Source: Guillardia theta CCMP2712
Lineage: Eukaryota; Protista; Cryptophyta
Direction of reading: 5' to 3'
DNA length: 64,000 nucleotides
Assembly (NCBI RefSeq): GCF_000315625.1
Contig: NW_005434639.1
Location: 127,670 to 191,669, forward strand
The notes below the pieces were generated by a model. It was given only the letters and a program-made list of their open reading frames with translations. It did not search any database and was not told the origin of the DNA. This document shows positions 26,201-39,789 of this stretch, piece after piece; position 1 is the first letter of the stretch, and every line of letters begins with the position of its first letter. Both the position numbers and the translations under genes were made by a program.

Positions 26201-29200
26201 TCGTCTGCCTTGACTGGGGGTCGATTAAGTTCAAGGTGAAATCGTTCCCCGCTGTCACCATGCACTCCCCGTCCCTCGAGATCTTGATTCGATTGATCAT
26301 GGAGGGATTTTGCAAGGACGCGAACCTTTTGCCATGAGCGTGATGAACCAAGATTGAGTTCTCCTTCTTCTGAGCGATCAGATCCCAGAAGGTAACGAAA
26401 CCCTCCTGACTCCCCGTTACCATCTGAGTCGCATCCGCAAACAAGGCACAGCAGGTGGCGGAGTGCTGGGCTTCAGTCAGGGAGAACAACTCTACACCGT
26501 TGTGCGTGTCGAACACGTGCATCTTGTTGGCCTCAGTCACACAGCTCAGGTATCTCGAGTCAGGAGTGAACGAGAGATCGGTTACCGCGGATCCCAGGTG
26601 GAACACAGCAGTCAGGCTCTTCTTCTGCAGCTTGTTGAGCATCTCCAGCCATCCTCGCGTCTCAGTCCCCGTCATCATCATGAACCTGGAGGCGATGGAC
26701 GGGGCCATGGAGAGCGGAGAGTTGGCAGCGAGCTGGAACGTGTTTGACGGTCGGTAGACAATCTCAGCAGCGTTGGTCTTGACGAACTCATAGAAGTCAT
26801 GGATGAGCTTGAAGGTCTCTACCTTCATCTCCCCCTGCAGGGACTCCACTGCGATCCTGTAATCCTCCAGCATCTCAGGGAGCTGACCGAAAAGCACTCG
26901 CATCTCAATGAACCGGATGCTGCAGAGCAGCTCCTTCACCTCCTCCACCATTCTTGCTCGGATCGCGTGATAGGGAGCCTCGCTAAGCCCTCGAGCCTGC
27001 TCGTCCGTGATGATCCTGCTGTAAATCCATCGCTCCTTGCCCTCGCCGAGCATGTCGAGATCGAGCTCCAAGAAGCCATGATAGAACATGTTGGCCAGTT
27101 CCCGGTGAATCCTTCTCTCACGCTCTGAGGACTTGATCACCTCGTCGATGATGAAGCGAGAGAGGGAGGTGTGGGTCAGCAACAGCGCCTGCTCCCCACC
27201 ATGGTCGAACCAGTTGCGGTTCTTCTGAAGGAGGTGGGAGATCTTCAGCAGCACGTAGCGGAACCTGTGGTACCTGGGCTTCACGTCCCTGAGCTTGATC
27301 ATCTCCCAGATCTCTGTCTCCAGCAGCCCTCTTCTGGAGCAGGAAAGGTACTGCAGGATGTCCCGCATGTAGGGCGCGGCACCTCCCAGCTGCAGCTGGA
27401 GGGTCTCGAGGTAAGAGGCGAGCAGAGACGACATTCTGTCCGGGAGCTTCTCGATGAGAGTCTTCATCCCCGCGACGTTCTCTTCCTGCCCGACTTTCAA
27501 GGACAGCTCTGCAGTGAGCATCGAGTAGAACAAGGCGGAGTTCCTGACAAACCGCTGGGTGTGGTTGAGGTATGACGAAAGTTTAGACTTGATGGAATCC
27601 AAGTCTGCGGTCTCAGCCCTTGAGGTGAAGATCGCGCTCTGAATCATCGCCATCTTTGACTCCATGCTGAGCTCGTTGAGCTCGATCTCGTTGGTCTGCC
27701 AGCCTCTCTGCTTCACCCTCAGCGTGTGTAGCTCCTTTGCACACCGCACGGGATCGATGGAGAGGATGATGCGAACAGGAAAGCATGGCGGCCCCATGAA
27801 CTTCTCGGGTACCCAGTCTACCGCTGTCAGGTGCTGAGTGGTGAACCTCGTGGCATTGATTCTCCACATCTCCAGCTCCTCAAGTGAGTCGACGATGAGA
27901 AGCAAGCTGTCTCCCTGGAAGGAGGCAGACGCCAGGTTGCAGTACTTGGGGAACGTGTGGCACAGATGCTCGTAGTCTTGATCAAGCTCGCCTTCCTGCT
28001 GCAGGTAGAAATGCTCTGATATGCGCAAACAGAATCGGTGGAGCATGCGGACGGGGTCCCTGCTGGAGCCCGTGGCAGTGGTGAAGTGAATGTTCGGAAA
28101 GATCTTCGCCTTCGTTCTCCATCCTTTTTTCACAATCTTGGAGGTGACAGGATGCCGCAGGTCCAGGTACTCGTGCACAAAGTTCATGAGGAAGGCCGTC
28201 TTTCCCGATCCACTCGGCCCGATCACCAGCATTGGAGTCAGCCGATGCTCGTCATCGCAGTACCTGATCAGTTTCTCCGTCTCTTCCTTCCTCCCTACAA
28301 ATGAGTCGGGAACTTCCGAACGGTAGATGAAGAAATCCATGTTCCTAGTGTCGATCTCAGCGTTGGAATACGAGGTGCCCTCCTCCCCTGAGAACACCAT
28401 GTTCAAGTGATGCTGAATCTCCGTCTTGACAAAGTCTGCGTACTCAATCAGATCTCCTAGCTGGTACCCGAACTTGTCATCGCTCTTGGCGTAGGAACAC
28501 TTGTAGTTCTGCAGCAACTTGGAATTGGATTCAATGGTCACAGATTTGGCGCAAGCATTTCTCAGTCTTCTCTGCATGGCATCCCTGTCATGTCTCATCT
28601 CTTTGAATACATGCTGCTTGTCTGTAGGAACGTCGGACATGAAGTCATATCCTCGTTGCAAGATCAGGATTCGCTTCACCCCGTCTTGAAAATCATTCAC
28701 CGGCGCAACTGCTTTTGGGCTCTGTCCTACAGTGTTCTTCTTCAACCCCTGCCCCTTCTTCGATCGCAATTCTCGTATGCAAAGAGCGGCTTCCAACTCC
28801 TGGTAAGAGCGATCGGGAGGATAGTTATCCAGCCATTCATGCGCGCTGCTCAGTTCAACTCTCGATTCATCAGCAGGGATCTGCCCATACTTTCTACCTT
28901 GCAGCAAGACAACACAATGAGAGCTCTCTATCTCATGAAATCTTAGCTCCAGTGAGCACAGGTGAGCTTCAGCGTCTGTGAGACCATCCTGCAGGAATTT
29001 CAAGACGACCTTCTTGCCCCTCTGCCCGGCCACGTTGTGGAGATGACTGTACACGTCCGAGTACATCAGTTCCAGCTCTGACTTCATATCCTCACATGTT
29101 GCGCTGACATAGATAACGTAAGTCTGCCACGACTCCCTCATATCCCACTTGAACATCTCCGGAGGCTGAAGTACGTGCTTCATCTTATCCTCAACCTGGG

Positions 29201-29867
29201 TAATGTAGGTCTGAGGAGTAGGCGGCCTGGGGGGCTCATCGTCTTGGAAGAAGTCTTCGTCCTTTGCTTTCTTCTTCTTCTTCTTCTTCTTCTTGCCCGA
29301 CCCTACAAACATCGTTGTTCTCATAGATTGCTCCAGGCCCGTCGACATGGCGCTGGCTGCTACTTCTTCCTCAGTAGTTGACAGCATCTGTTGGAACGCC
29401 TTGAAAACGCTGCTTCTCTTCCCCTGCTCTGCTGTCAGAATTGTGCAGATCTACATCATACTAGTTCACCGCTCCTGCTTTCTTCTCGGGTCGAGTGTCT
29501 TCGACAATCGTACCAGGGATGACCTCCCCGTTGTCATCTTTGATGGGAGAAGGAGGCGGCTGCGCGTTCTCATCGAGGTCGCAGATCATCTCTCTTCGCT
29601 CTCTCATAAGAGCGTTCTCGGAATCCACTTTCAAGACTCTCTTCTTCCATCGGAACGGGCCCCACCGTACAACCTTGTAATCATAGATGTCCCCTGAAGA
29701 CTTCAGTCAGGAATAAACCCATAGATCGGGAGGAAGCAGACAAGATGACGCCATTGAACAACGCAGGCACATCATCTCTTACCATACTCCTGGAGCTTCA
29801 ACTTGAGTTTGTTCCTCTCCTTCTGCTTCAGCACCCTCTTCTCCTCGATTTCTTCGATATCAGCCAT
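23229..29867 (-). CDS. DUF4062-like + NACHT (STAND NTPase) + many WD40 repeats (NWD1/TEP1-like architecture), multi-exon
   Basis: The 1549-aa ORF contains YVIYVSATCEDMKSELE (resembles the FISSTFxDMxxER start of TEP1/NWD1/NPHP3), Walker A GPSGSGKT and Walker B LLLIVDSLEE. GH...WD-type repeats follow (GHRGSVTDC...SASLDRTLRLWN; GHKLPVLSV...TGSKDKTLRVWN). Further WD40 exons join through short GT-AG introns (e.g. 24687-24741) to the stop at 23229. Upstream exons MADIEEIEEKR... and GDIYDYKVVRW... splice in frame. The start codon is tentative. Confidence 0.9.
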
Positions 29868-30552
29868 CGTAGCCTATCCGACTCTCAACTTTCTCAAGTT
29901 GGCGTCGAAGTCCACGGAATCAGCAGCCTGCGTTCACCTCGCATCATGACATCTCATATAGTAGCTAGTTGCATGTCTTCGGCGTCGGCAGATTGTGTCT
30001 CACTGGTCTGCTGCCGCCATGGTTGTCGTGCAGCGTTGCCCGCCATCGGGCCATTTCGTGGGCCAACAACAGAAACAGTTCTCAACCACACCCATGCAGG
30101 GCAGTAATAAAAGAATAATAGAGAGATTAGAGGAGCTTTTACTGCCTTACGGAGGGGAAGGTGTTTTTAGGTTACTACCACTTTTTCACGAGCTTGCTGT
30201 CCTTCTAGAAGACGTAGTGGCTGGTAGGACCGGTCATGCTACAGCCATGGCGGACGGCAGCGGCTCCGGTTAGGAGAGCATGAGGCAGAGAGCGTGAGGA
30301 GGAGGAAGAGAGAGTGAGAAGCTGACGGGAAAGAAAAAAGAAGAGGAGACAGTTTACGGCACTTTCAAATCAAAAGGTGGAGGACAATCATTTTTTAGAA
30401 TTCTTGGCTCCTGAAGTCGCAGAGACAGAGAGGAAAGAGAGTGAGAGAGGGAGAGAAGGACGTACTTGATAGAGAGTGAGTGAGTGAGTGAGTGGAGACA
30501 TTGAGATACTTGTTTGCGTTTCATGGTGTTTCGCCTCCCACAGAAAAGGACC

Positions 30553-31065
30553 ATGGACGTAAACAATTTCATCAAAAATCGAAAGTCAGGGGAGTATTTT
30601 GAGGATTCGAATGCCCTGGTAGCCACTCTAGCGTTTGAGTGCTCGTCCAGTCATCGAACAGTTAGCAGAGAAGGAGCTCGCACCTCCAGAGAAGACCCGG
30701 TCTACTTCTCTCACGAGAAGAATGTGAGGATGGTCAAGAAAATCCCCAAGGCAAAATGTGTTGTGCTGCCGCATGTGTTGCCTGCCTCAGGGCCCATTGC
30801 ATGGCCAGCAGCACCAAGTGTAAACGACTCTCCTACAGCCTCGAGGAGGGAGACTGCGTTCAGCCCCGACCGGAAACCCACACCAGAGACAAGACCGAAG
30901 CAACTGGAACCTAGCCCGTCAAGCAGCCCCTCGCGTGACGGAAACATCAACCCCCAGCATGTCAGTATCAACCTCAAGACCGAGCGAAGCCCTGGACCTG
31001 AGGAAGCGCTGTTTGAGATCGAACGATGCCCTCCATCTCCTAGACGGACTGAAGGGAATCCTTGA
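30553..31065 (+). CDS. Hypothetical Pro/Ser-rich protein (possibly the last exon of a spliced gene)
   Basis: About 170-aa ORF MDVNNFIKNRKSGEYFEDSNALV..., preceded by an acceptor-like cccacag at 30543 and converging on the GT41 gene. No recognisable domain. Confidence 0.4.
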   Translation: MDVNNFIKNRKSGEYFEDSNALVATLAFECSSSHRTVSREGARTSREDPVYFSHEKNVRMVKKIPKAKCVVLPHVLPASGPIAWPAAPSVNDSPTASRRETAFSPDRKPTPETRPKQLEPSPSSSPSRDGNINPQHVSINLKTERSPGPEEALFEIERCPPSPRRTEGNP

Positions 31066-31124
31066 TTGTTGGTGATTTGGAAAATTCTATTTGAAATTTG
31101 GCTCGTTGATAACTATCTTTTGGA

Positions 31125-33577
31125 CTATAATACAATGATGTGCATATCCTTCCTTTCGGCACAATACAGTTCCCACATAAGACTGCATGCCACCTCCAGC
31201 TTTCTCACACCCAGTCGCGTGTTATACAAAGAACTTGTCCATCTGCTCCTCTCCAGATCAGCTCGCAGTGTTCTTCGCAGCTCCCTTCCTCTCTGTCCAG
31301 CTATCAACCGTTTTCCCACCTCCACGAAGTCTTCTTCGTTTCGAGCAATCAGCTGCGTTTGCCCCAGACTGCTCAGGATCGACGAGGCGACGCGGGAGGC
31401 GAAGAGCATTCCCGGCCTGCTCAGCAACGGCGTCCCCATCCATAAGACATCCATGGCCACAGTGTGAGCATTGACAGGAAACGTGTCGAGGACGATGTCC
31501 GACAGGCCGCATCTGGTTGGTAAGGTCAGGCAAGGAAACAAACTTGCGTCACTCTTCTCAACGTGTCAAGTGTGAGAGAGGTCTACATCACCTTCGGATG
31601 AATTCCACGATCTCTGTCTTGTACGTCCAAAACAATTTCTCGGCGGCGATGCGATGCGCGGAGGCGTGAAGTTCATAGCGCCTACTGATCCTCTCGCCTT
31701 GTGGCCCCTCCAAGATTTGCCAGAAAAGCGAAGTTTCCTCTTCTCTCACGATGTCGGCCCAAAGTTTGAACGTCTCTGGATTCACTTTGTACATCTTGAC
31801 AGCAAGTCAGTTCGAGAGATCCCACGATGTGAGTTGGTCACCTGATTGAAATTCGAAACAACCGTCTTGTTCGCAGGCAAACCCAGCAACCTTCGCTGTC
31901 TTTCTACGTATTCCTCTCGTGAGGGAGACCCGGCAGGACCGGAAGTTTCCTGCTCCCTTGCCTCCTCAAAGTGATACCTCCTATGATCGTTGATGTAATA
32001 GCAGCCCGGTAGCACCACCAGCTTCTCCGAGAAACTGAGGGAGATTTCGGGTGTGGTGGCAACGATGTCAGTGATGAAGAAGTCCATGTACTTCGCTCCC
32101 ATCGTCCCAGGATATCCCAGATACGTCGCCTGCACAGGTGCGACTTTGTACGAGAGGACATCACTTCTGTGCCCGGCAGTCCAACCGTTGAGATTGAGGA
32201 GGACATCGATGTTGAGTCGTCGGATTTGCTGGACGGCAAGGTCAACCGGCATGAGAGGGTCGACGTGGGTCATGTTGCAGTCTCTTGAGATCTCCACCTG
32301 CCAGAACTCACTGGCGTTGGAATGGCCCAGGTTGAGGCAGCGCAAGGAGACCTTGCCCTTGTCGTGGAGGGGAAAACTTCCTTTCAACAGATGCGAAGTC
32401 GCATGAGCGGCGAAGTCCGACGAGAAATATCCCAATACAAGTCTCTTCCCTTGTTTGGCTCTCCTTCTCCCTTCATGGACCTCCTCGAGCAGCCTATCGG
32501 ACTTGAGATGCCCGGTCTGACCTCGGGAGTAGATGATCGATGCTGTCAGGAAGTCGCAGAGCTGCGGGTTCAGCAAGAGGTACTCGTGAGGCTGCAAGAG
32601 CGATCCAACGCCGACCCCCGAGAAATCACAACAAGAGAACAAAAGGGAATCGACATCTTTCCTTGCCATGGTTGTTTCGCACAGATGACTCGGAAGAATC
32701 CTAGAGATGTATTGCTTGCTCATGTAGCTTGCCAGGGCCTCCGCATGAGACAGGAGAAGCTCCCACCTTGCCATCCTCGCAGCATTGACAAACGAGCCAA
32801 GAAGACAGAGAGGTCTCCTCGACGTCTTCATCCTTGAAGCAAGATAGAAGAGCCTCGCTGCTTGGTCATGCATCCCCTGCTTGTTGGAGCAGATTGCCGC
32901 CCCGAAGAAAGGGTCATCGTTCCTTGCTCCGAGCCTCCAGGCGACTTTGAAACACCGGATGGCACCCTCACATTCTCCTATACCCAGCAGGAGCCCTCCA
33001 AGTCTGTTCCACACCTCCTGTCTGGTCAACAACGCGGATGGGCCGGCAAACAGGATCCGCGCCATGTCGTTGAGGGACGTGTGTCGTATGTCGCTGCCCT
33101 GCACGAACAGACTTGAGCAGTCGAAGTAGGAGTCGATGAGCATGTCTCTGATCTGATGGCTCGCAGAACTCGTTCCTGCGATCCTGAGGGCTTCCGACAT
33201 GCATTCGACATTCTCCTCGCACTTGCCTTGCGCCTTGTAGGTCTGACCGAGCGCGATGTAGGACACGTAGATGGTAGGATCAAGTTTGAGCGCCGACTTG
33301 AGCTGGTCCTGTGCCAGGTCCTGCCTTCCCTGATAATGATATGCGATGCCAAGGTTGTGCCTTGATGACACGCTGCGCGGATCCTGAACGACGCAGTCAT
33401 AGTAGGCCTGCACTGCTTCGTTCAACCTGAAGGTGCGTTCGTCAGTTGATCGCATGGGAGGAGGATGCAGGATGAGCACCTGCCATTATCTCGCAGAGCT
33501 CTGCCTCGAGGACAGTCATCCTCCCCCGCTACCACCAGCATGACAACTGCCGCCATCACAACCGCCCGCGTCGCCAT
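31125..33577 (-). CDS. OGT: O-GlcNAc transferase (OGT/SEC-like, GT41) with TPRs and a predicted N-terminal signal peptide; 4 exons
   Basis: TPRs (HNLGIAYHYQG, WNRLGGLLLGIG). Catalytic motifs LGYFSSDFAAHATSHLL, LNLNGWTAG...APVQATYLGYPGTMG...DFFITD, SNFNQ|MYKV and DIVLDTFPVNAHTVAMDVLWMGTP...FASRVASSIL match OGT ([43 protein letters not shown]). Introns 33427-33479, 31795-31841 and 31513-31591 keep the frame. Confidence 0.92.
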
Positions 33578-33888
33578 GCGGCATGCCCCCGACAAAGTCA
33601 ACTGAGGCGGACCTGGGATATTGACATCCGCTTGCACCTCACTCAGGACATGGCCGAACCTCGGAGCAGGCGGCTCTTCATGCTGCTGCGCGGGATTGTG
33701 TGATGGCTGACGCGTTGGCGCGTCAACGAGAACATGCAGCTCTACTTGTCCCTGCTCATCCCTCCTCCTCCTCCTCGCTGCCACCTTGCTCTTGCCCCTC
33801 CCTCTCTGCCTACGTATGACCTCTTCGCTTGTTGGCTTTCAAACCTTTGTTTGTCGGTTGCACTTCTGATACCCTGGAAGTGCAGGTC

Positions 33889-34659
33889 ATGGGGAACAAC
33901 GTCAGCTTCGACTGCTGTGGGAGCAGAGCAAAGGATGTGCCCATCGAGCGCCGCGCTCAGAGGCCTGATGGACAAGCCCTGCAGGTTACGTGAGGTATAG
34001 CATGCAATCTGCTGAAGTGTGCAATGCAGTCGTCCACAGGAGCGCAGAGCACTTCCGAAGAGCCGAAGCAAAGGATAGTGCTGCAGACAAGTCTGGAGCA
34101 GAAGCACGATGAATCCATCTCCGAGGGCGCAGCTGAGCAAGATCAGGGAGGAGTTGGGATCATGTTGGTCCATGCACAAGGCAAGTGGGTCGTCAAGTCG
34201 GTGATCAAGGATTCGCCTGCATGGTCCTCTGGCAAGATTGCTGAGGGTGATGTGTTGCTGAGGTTTGGCGCTGAAGAGCTAGCTCAAGTTTCTCTGACTG
34301 GAGGTTTCTTGTGCAGTGTGGATGGGAACGAGGTTGAAAGTATTGAGAACCTTGGTGAACTATCGAAAATCCTGATGGGTGCGTGAAGCATGGGGGTCAG
34401 AAACTTGCCAGCTGATAGCATACAACAGGTCCAATCAATTCCGTAGTTGTCTTGCGATTCTCCAACAGCAAGACATCTGAATTGACTCACGTCACGCTGG
34501 TAAGGACAACCGACTTCACGGGTCAAGGTGAAATTCTCTGATTTGATTCGACGTGCGATGAATGATCTGAGCGGCTGACTAGGAAACGACAAGAAGCGCG
34601 TGTGGCGAGCGACTCGCACTGACTGGGTCAATGATAACATTGAGTGTGCAGACATATAA
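33889..34659 (+). CDS. Small PDZ-domain protein with N-terminal MGxxxS/CC acylation motif, multi-exon
   Basis: Exon 1 MGNNVSFDCCGSRAKD..., intron 33985-34029. PDZ-like GGVGIML...VVKSVIKDSPAWSSGKIAEGDVLL|SVDG...LMG|PINSVVVLRF...VTLVR. A probable last exon ends at TAA 34659. Confidence 0.75.
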
Positions 34660-34749
34660 GAGGAGGATGGGAATTGCTTCCTCGATTATTAGCACTTTTG
34701 CGTAGTACGATACCACACAGTAATTTAGAAAGCCCTTAGTTTGTTTCTT

Positions 34750-35454
34750 CCTTTCTTATCTCTTATTCTTACAACCAAGACAACTGGGATATTTTGTCTG
34801 CTGGTGGAATCATTATCATCGTCTTCGACGTGGACGATTCTCTTGCTTAGCCAGCTCTAAACTTTCTCATGATTTGAAATAAATCAACAATACATCATCT
34901 TGCGCTCTTTGCTTTTGACGAGCCTGTTTCAACATGCAAAGCTTTCGTCTGCAGGACACAAACTCGATAGAGATCGACATGTCAGCGATAGACCTTTGAA
35001 AGTGGAAACTAAGAAGAATCAAACAACACCTTAAAACATTCTTAATGATCAATCGGCAGCTAGTCTGCCTCAGCATTCCTCTCAGTGGCTTCTCCTTCCG
35101 TTCACAGCTACTGTGGCTATCCAGGCCCTCGTCCGCCCTCGTCGACCTCCCTCACATCTCTTCAGTACCTCATGACTCACCAGCTTCCCCATCCTGGTGA
35201 CGACTGAGTGGCAGGAGAAGGGAAGGAGGTATCGCGAGAGAGGTCGTCCTTCCTTCGGCCTGCACTGCTGGAGGTCCAAGTTTGCTCGGCCCGAGTTGGT
35301 TGCCCACCTGGAGGTTGCCTCGGCGTTGCTTTGCCTGACTGAATGAATGATGCTCGTCGGTGAGTTGTTTGCAGGAGAGGTTTGCAGGTCCGAGGTCCTT
35401 GAACATGAGAACCTGATCCTTGCCTTCGATCAGCAGGGACTTGAGGTCTGGCAT
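34750..35454 (-). CDS. Possible small spliced hypothetical gene; exon structure unresolved
   Basis: Short minus-strand ORF pieces (MPDLKSLLIEGKDQ..., ...MLRQTSCRLIIKNVLR) with plausible splice sites. No motif recognised. Confidence 0.2.
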
Positions 35455-35779
35455 GTCGATATCACGCTTGTCACGCTCAGCATAGAAGGCAGAGACGAGG
35501 GTTTTTGACGTGCTGGTTGAAGTCTCCTGCGACTATCTCGAGCAGGAGGAGTAGCACGAGGAGGACGACATGGAAGATTAGGAGGAAAAGGAGGACTGTG
35601 AAGATAAGGAGAACAAGGAGGACTGATTGAGGTCAGTCATGGTGATTCCGTTGCGGTCCATGAAGGAGCGGAGAAGGGAAACGAAGCAAGGGCCTTCGGA
35701 ATGGATGGACCACTACCCCACCTCTTGACATTAATCGGAACCCGTTCTTTCTTCGGCAAAAGTACCGGTGCATCAAGGA

Positions 35780-36430
35780 CATTGAATCACCCCCACCGTC
35801 CTAAATGATGATGCAAAAAACCCACAAACACTGCCTGCGTAATAATTTAGACTCGCCGGCCCGGGAACCGTTTGAACCTCCGACCATCGGACCGTTCTCT
35901 CTGATGGAACGTATGCCAGCCGTGCCAGTCAGATAGCGCCGAGTTAACAAAAACTCTCCTGTAAACCAAGACGACTTACGTGGCGAGATCTGCGTGACTT
36001 TGGACTAGTACAAGTCTAACAAACTTGTATTCCGGAATACATGTGATCGGACCGGCCCCGGAGATCATCCGCGGCGGTTTGCGCGGCTGTCGAACGACTC
36101 CCGTTTCAAATTTCAGTTCAACGGTTTCAAAATTCCCTATGGCTCACGGGTCACCGGCCCCGCCCGGCCCACCGTTGTGCCGGGGTCAGAACGGTTTGCC
36201 GCCCACCCGGTGACCGGGCCAGGGCTGCTGGGGGCGCAATGGCAGATAAAGAACCTCAAAGAGTATAGAGCAAAGCTAGATCACACCTGAAAATATTTAT
36301 TGCCCCATCCTGACGACTGCAGGGCTCAGGGGTTATTCGGCAGAAGGAGGGGTGAGGATGCCTGGTATGAGTGGGGTAGGGGTAGTAGACTGGGGGCTAC
36401 ACAGTGAAAGAAAGGGGGTGGTAGGGGTAG
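35780..36430. repeat. Degenerate intergenic element: CCGG-rich block followed by a GGGGT-rich block
   Basis: ccggcccggg, cgggtcaccggccccgcccgg and cggtgaccgggcc (36208-36220, identical to 55765-55777), then ggggtaggggtagtag tracts at 36340-36430. Confidence 0.5.
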
Positions 36431-36891
36431 TAGATTTTTGGCGAGGGATGGCGACGAAGAAAGCGGAGAGAGCGACGAAGGGAGGGAACTAGAGGCGATG
36501 GCGTCAGAGAGCGAGCGAGAGGAGGAATGGAGCGAGAAGAGAGGAAGTAGTCGAAAACAGGCAAGATGAAGGGGAGCATGATGCAGTAACAGGGAGTTCT
36601 TTTCTTTGTTTCACAGATTGAAGAGTTTGTATGTCCTGGTAGCAACGTTCGGTGGTTGAATCAGAAGCATGGCATGAGACCTCTAGATTGAAGGGCATAT
36701 TTTGAGTCATTTACAAGATATATCTAGCTTTGAAGCATCATAACCTTTCATAATATTCAGGTCTGAGCTCATAGTTTGCCTAGGATTCTTCCACCCCATC
36801 GATGTTTTTTTTTGTTCTTTTCATTTTCCTTCAGTGATGATTGATTCTTTCCTCTTCAGAATCTATTTCTTTTCTCTGTATCGATCGAAAA

Positions 36892-39703
<2,812 letters not shown>

Positions 39704-39789
39704 TCGCCTCCAACGACATTGCATCTTCAATAATGAACCCTCCCTCCTCTCTGGCGCTTCTTTCTCAGCTGCCGATTCTCCCTCTGGTT

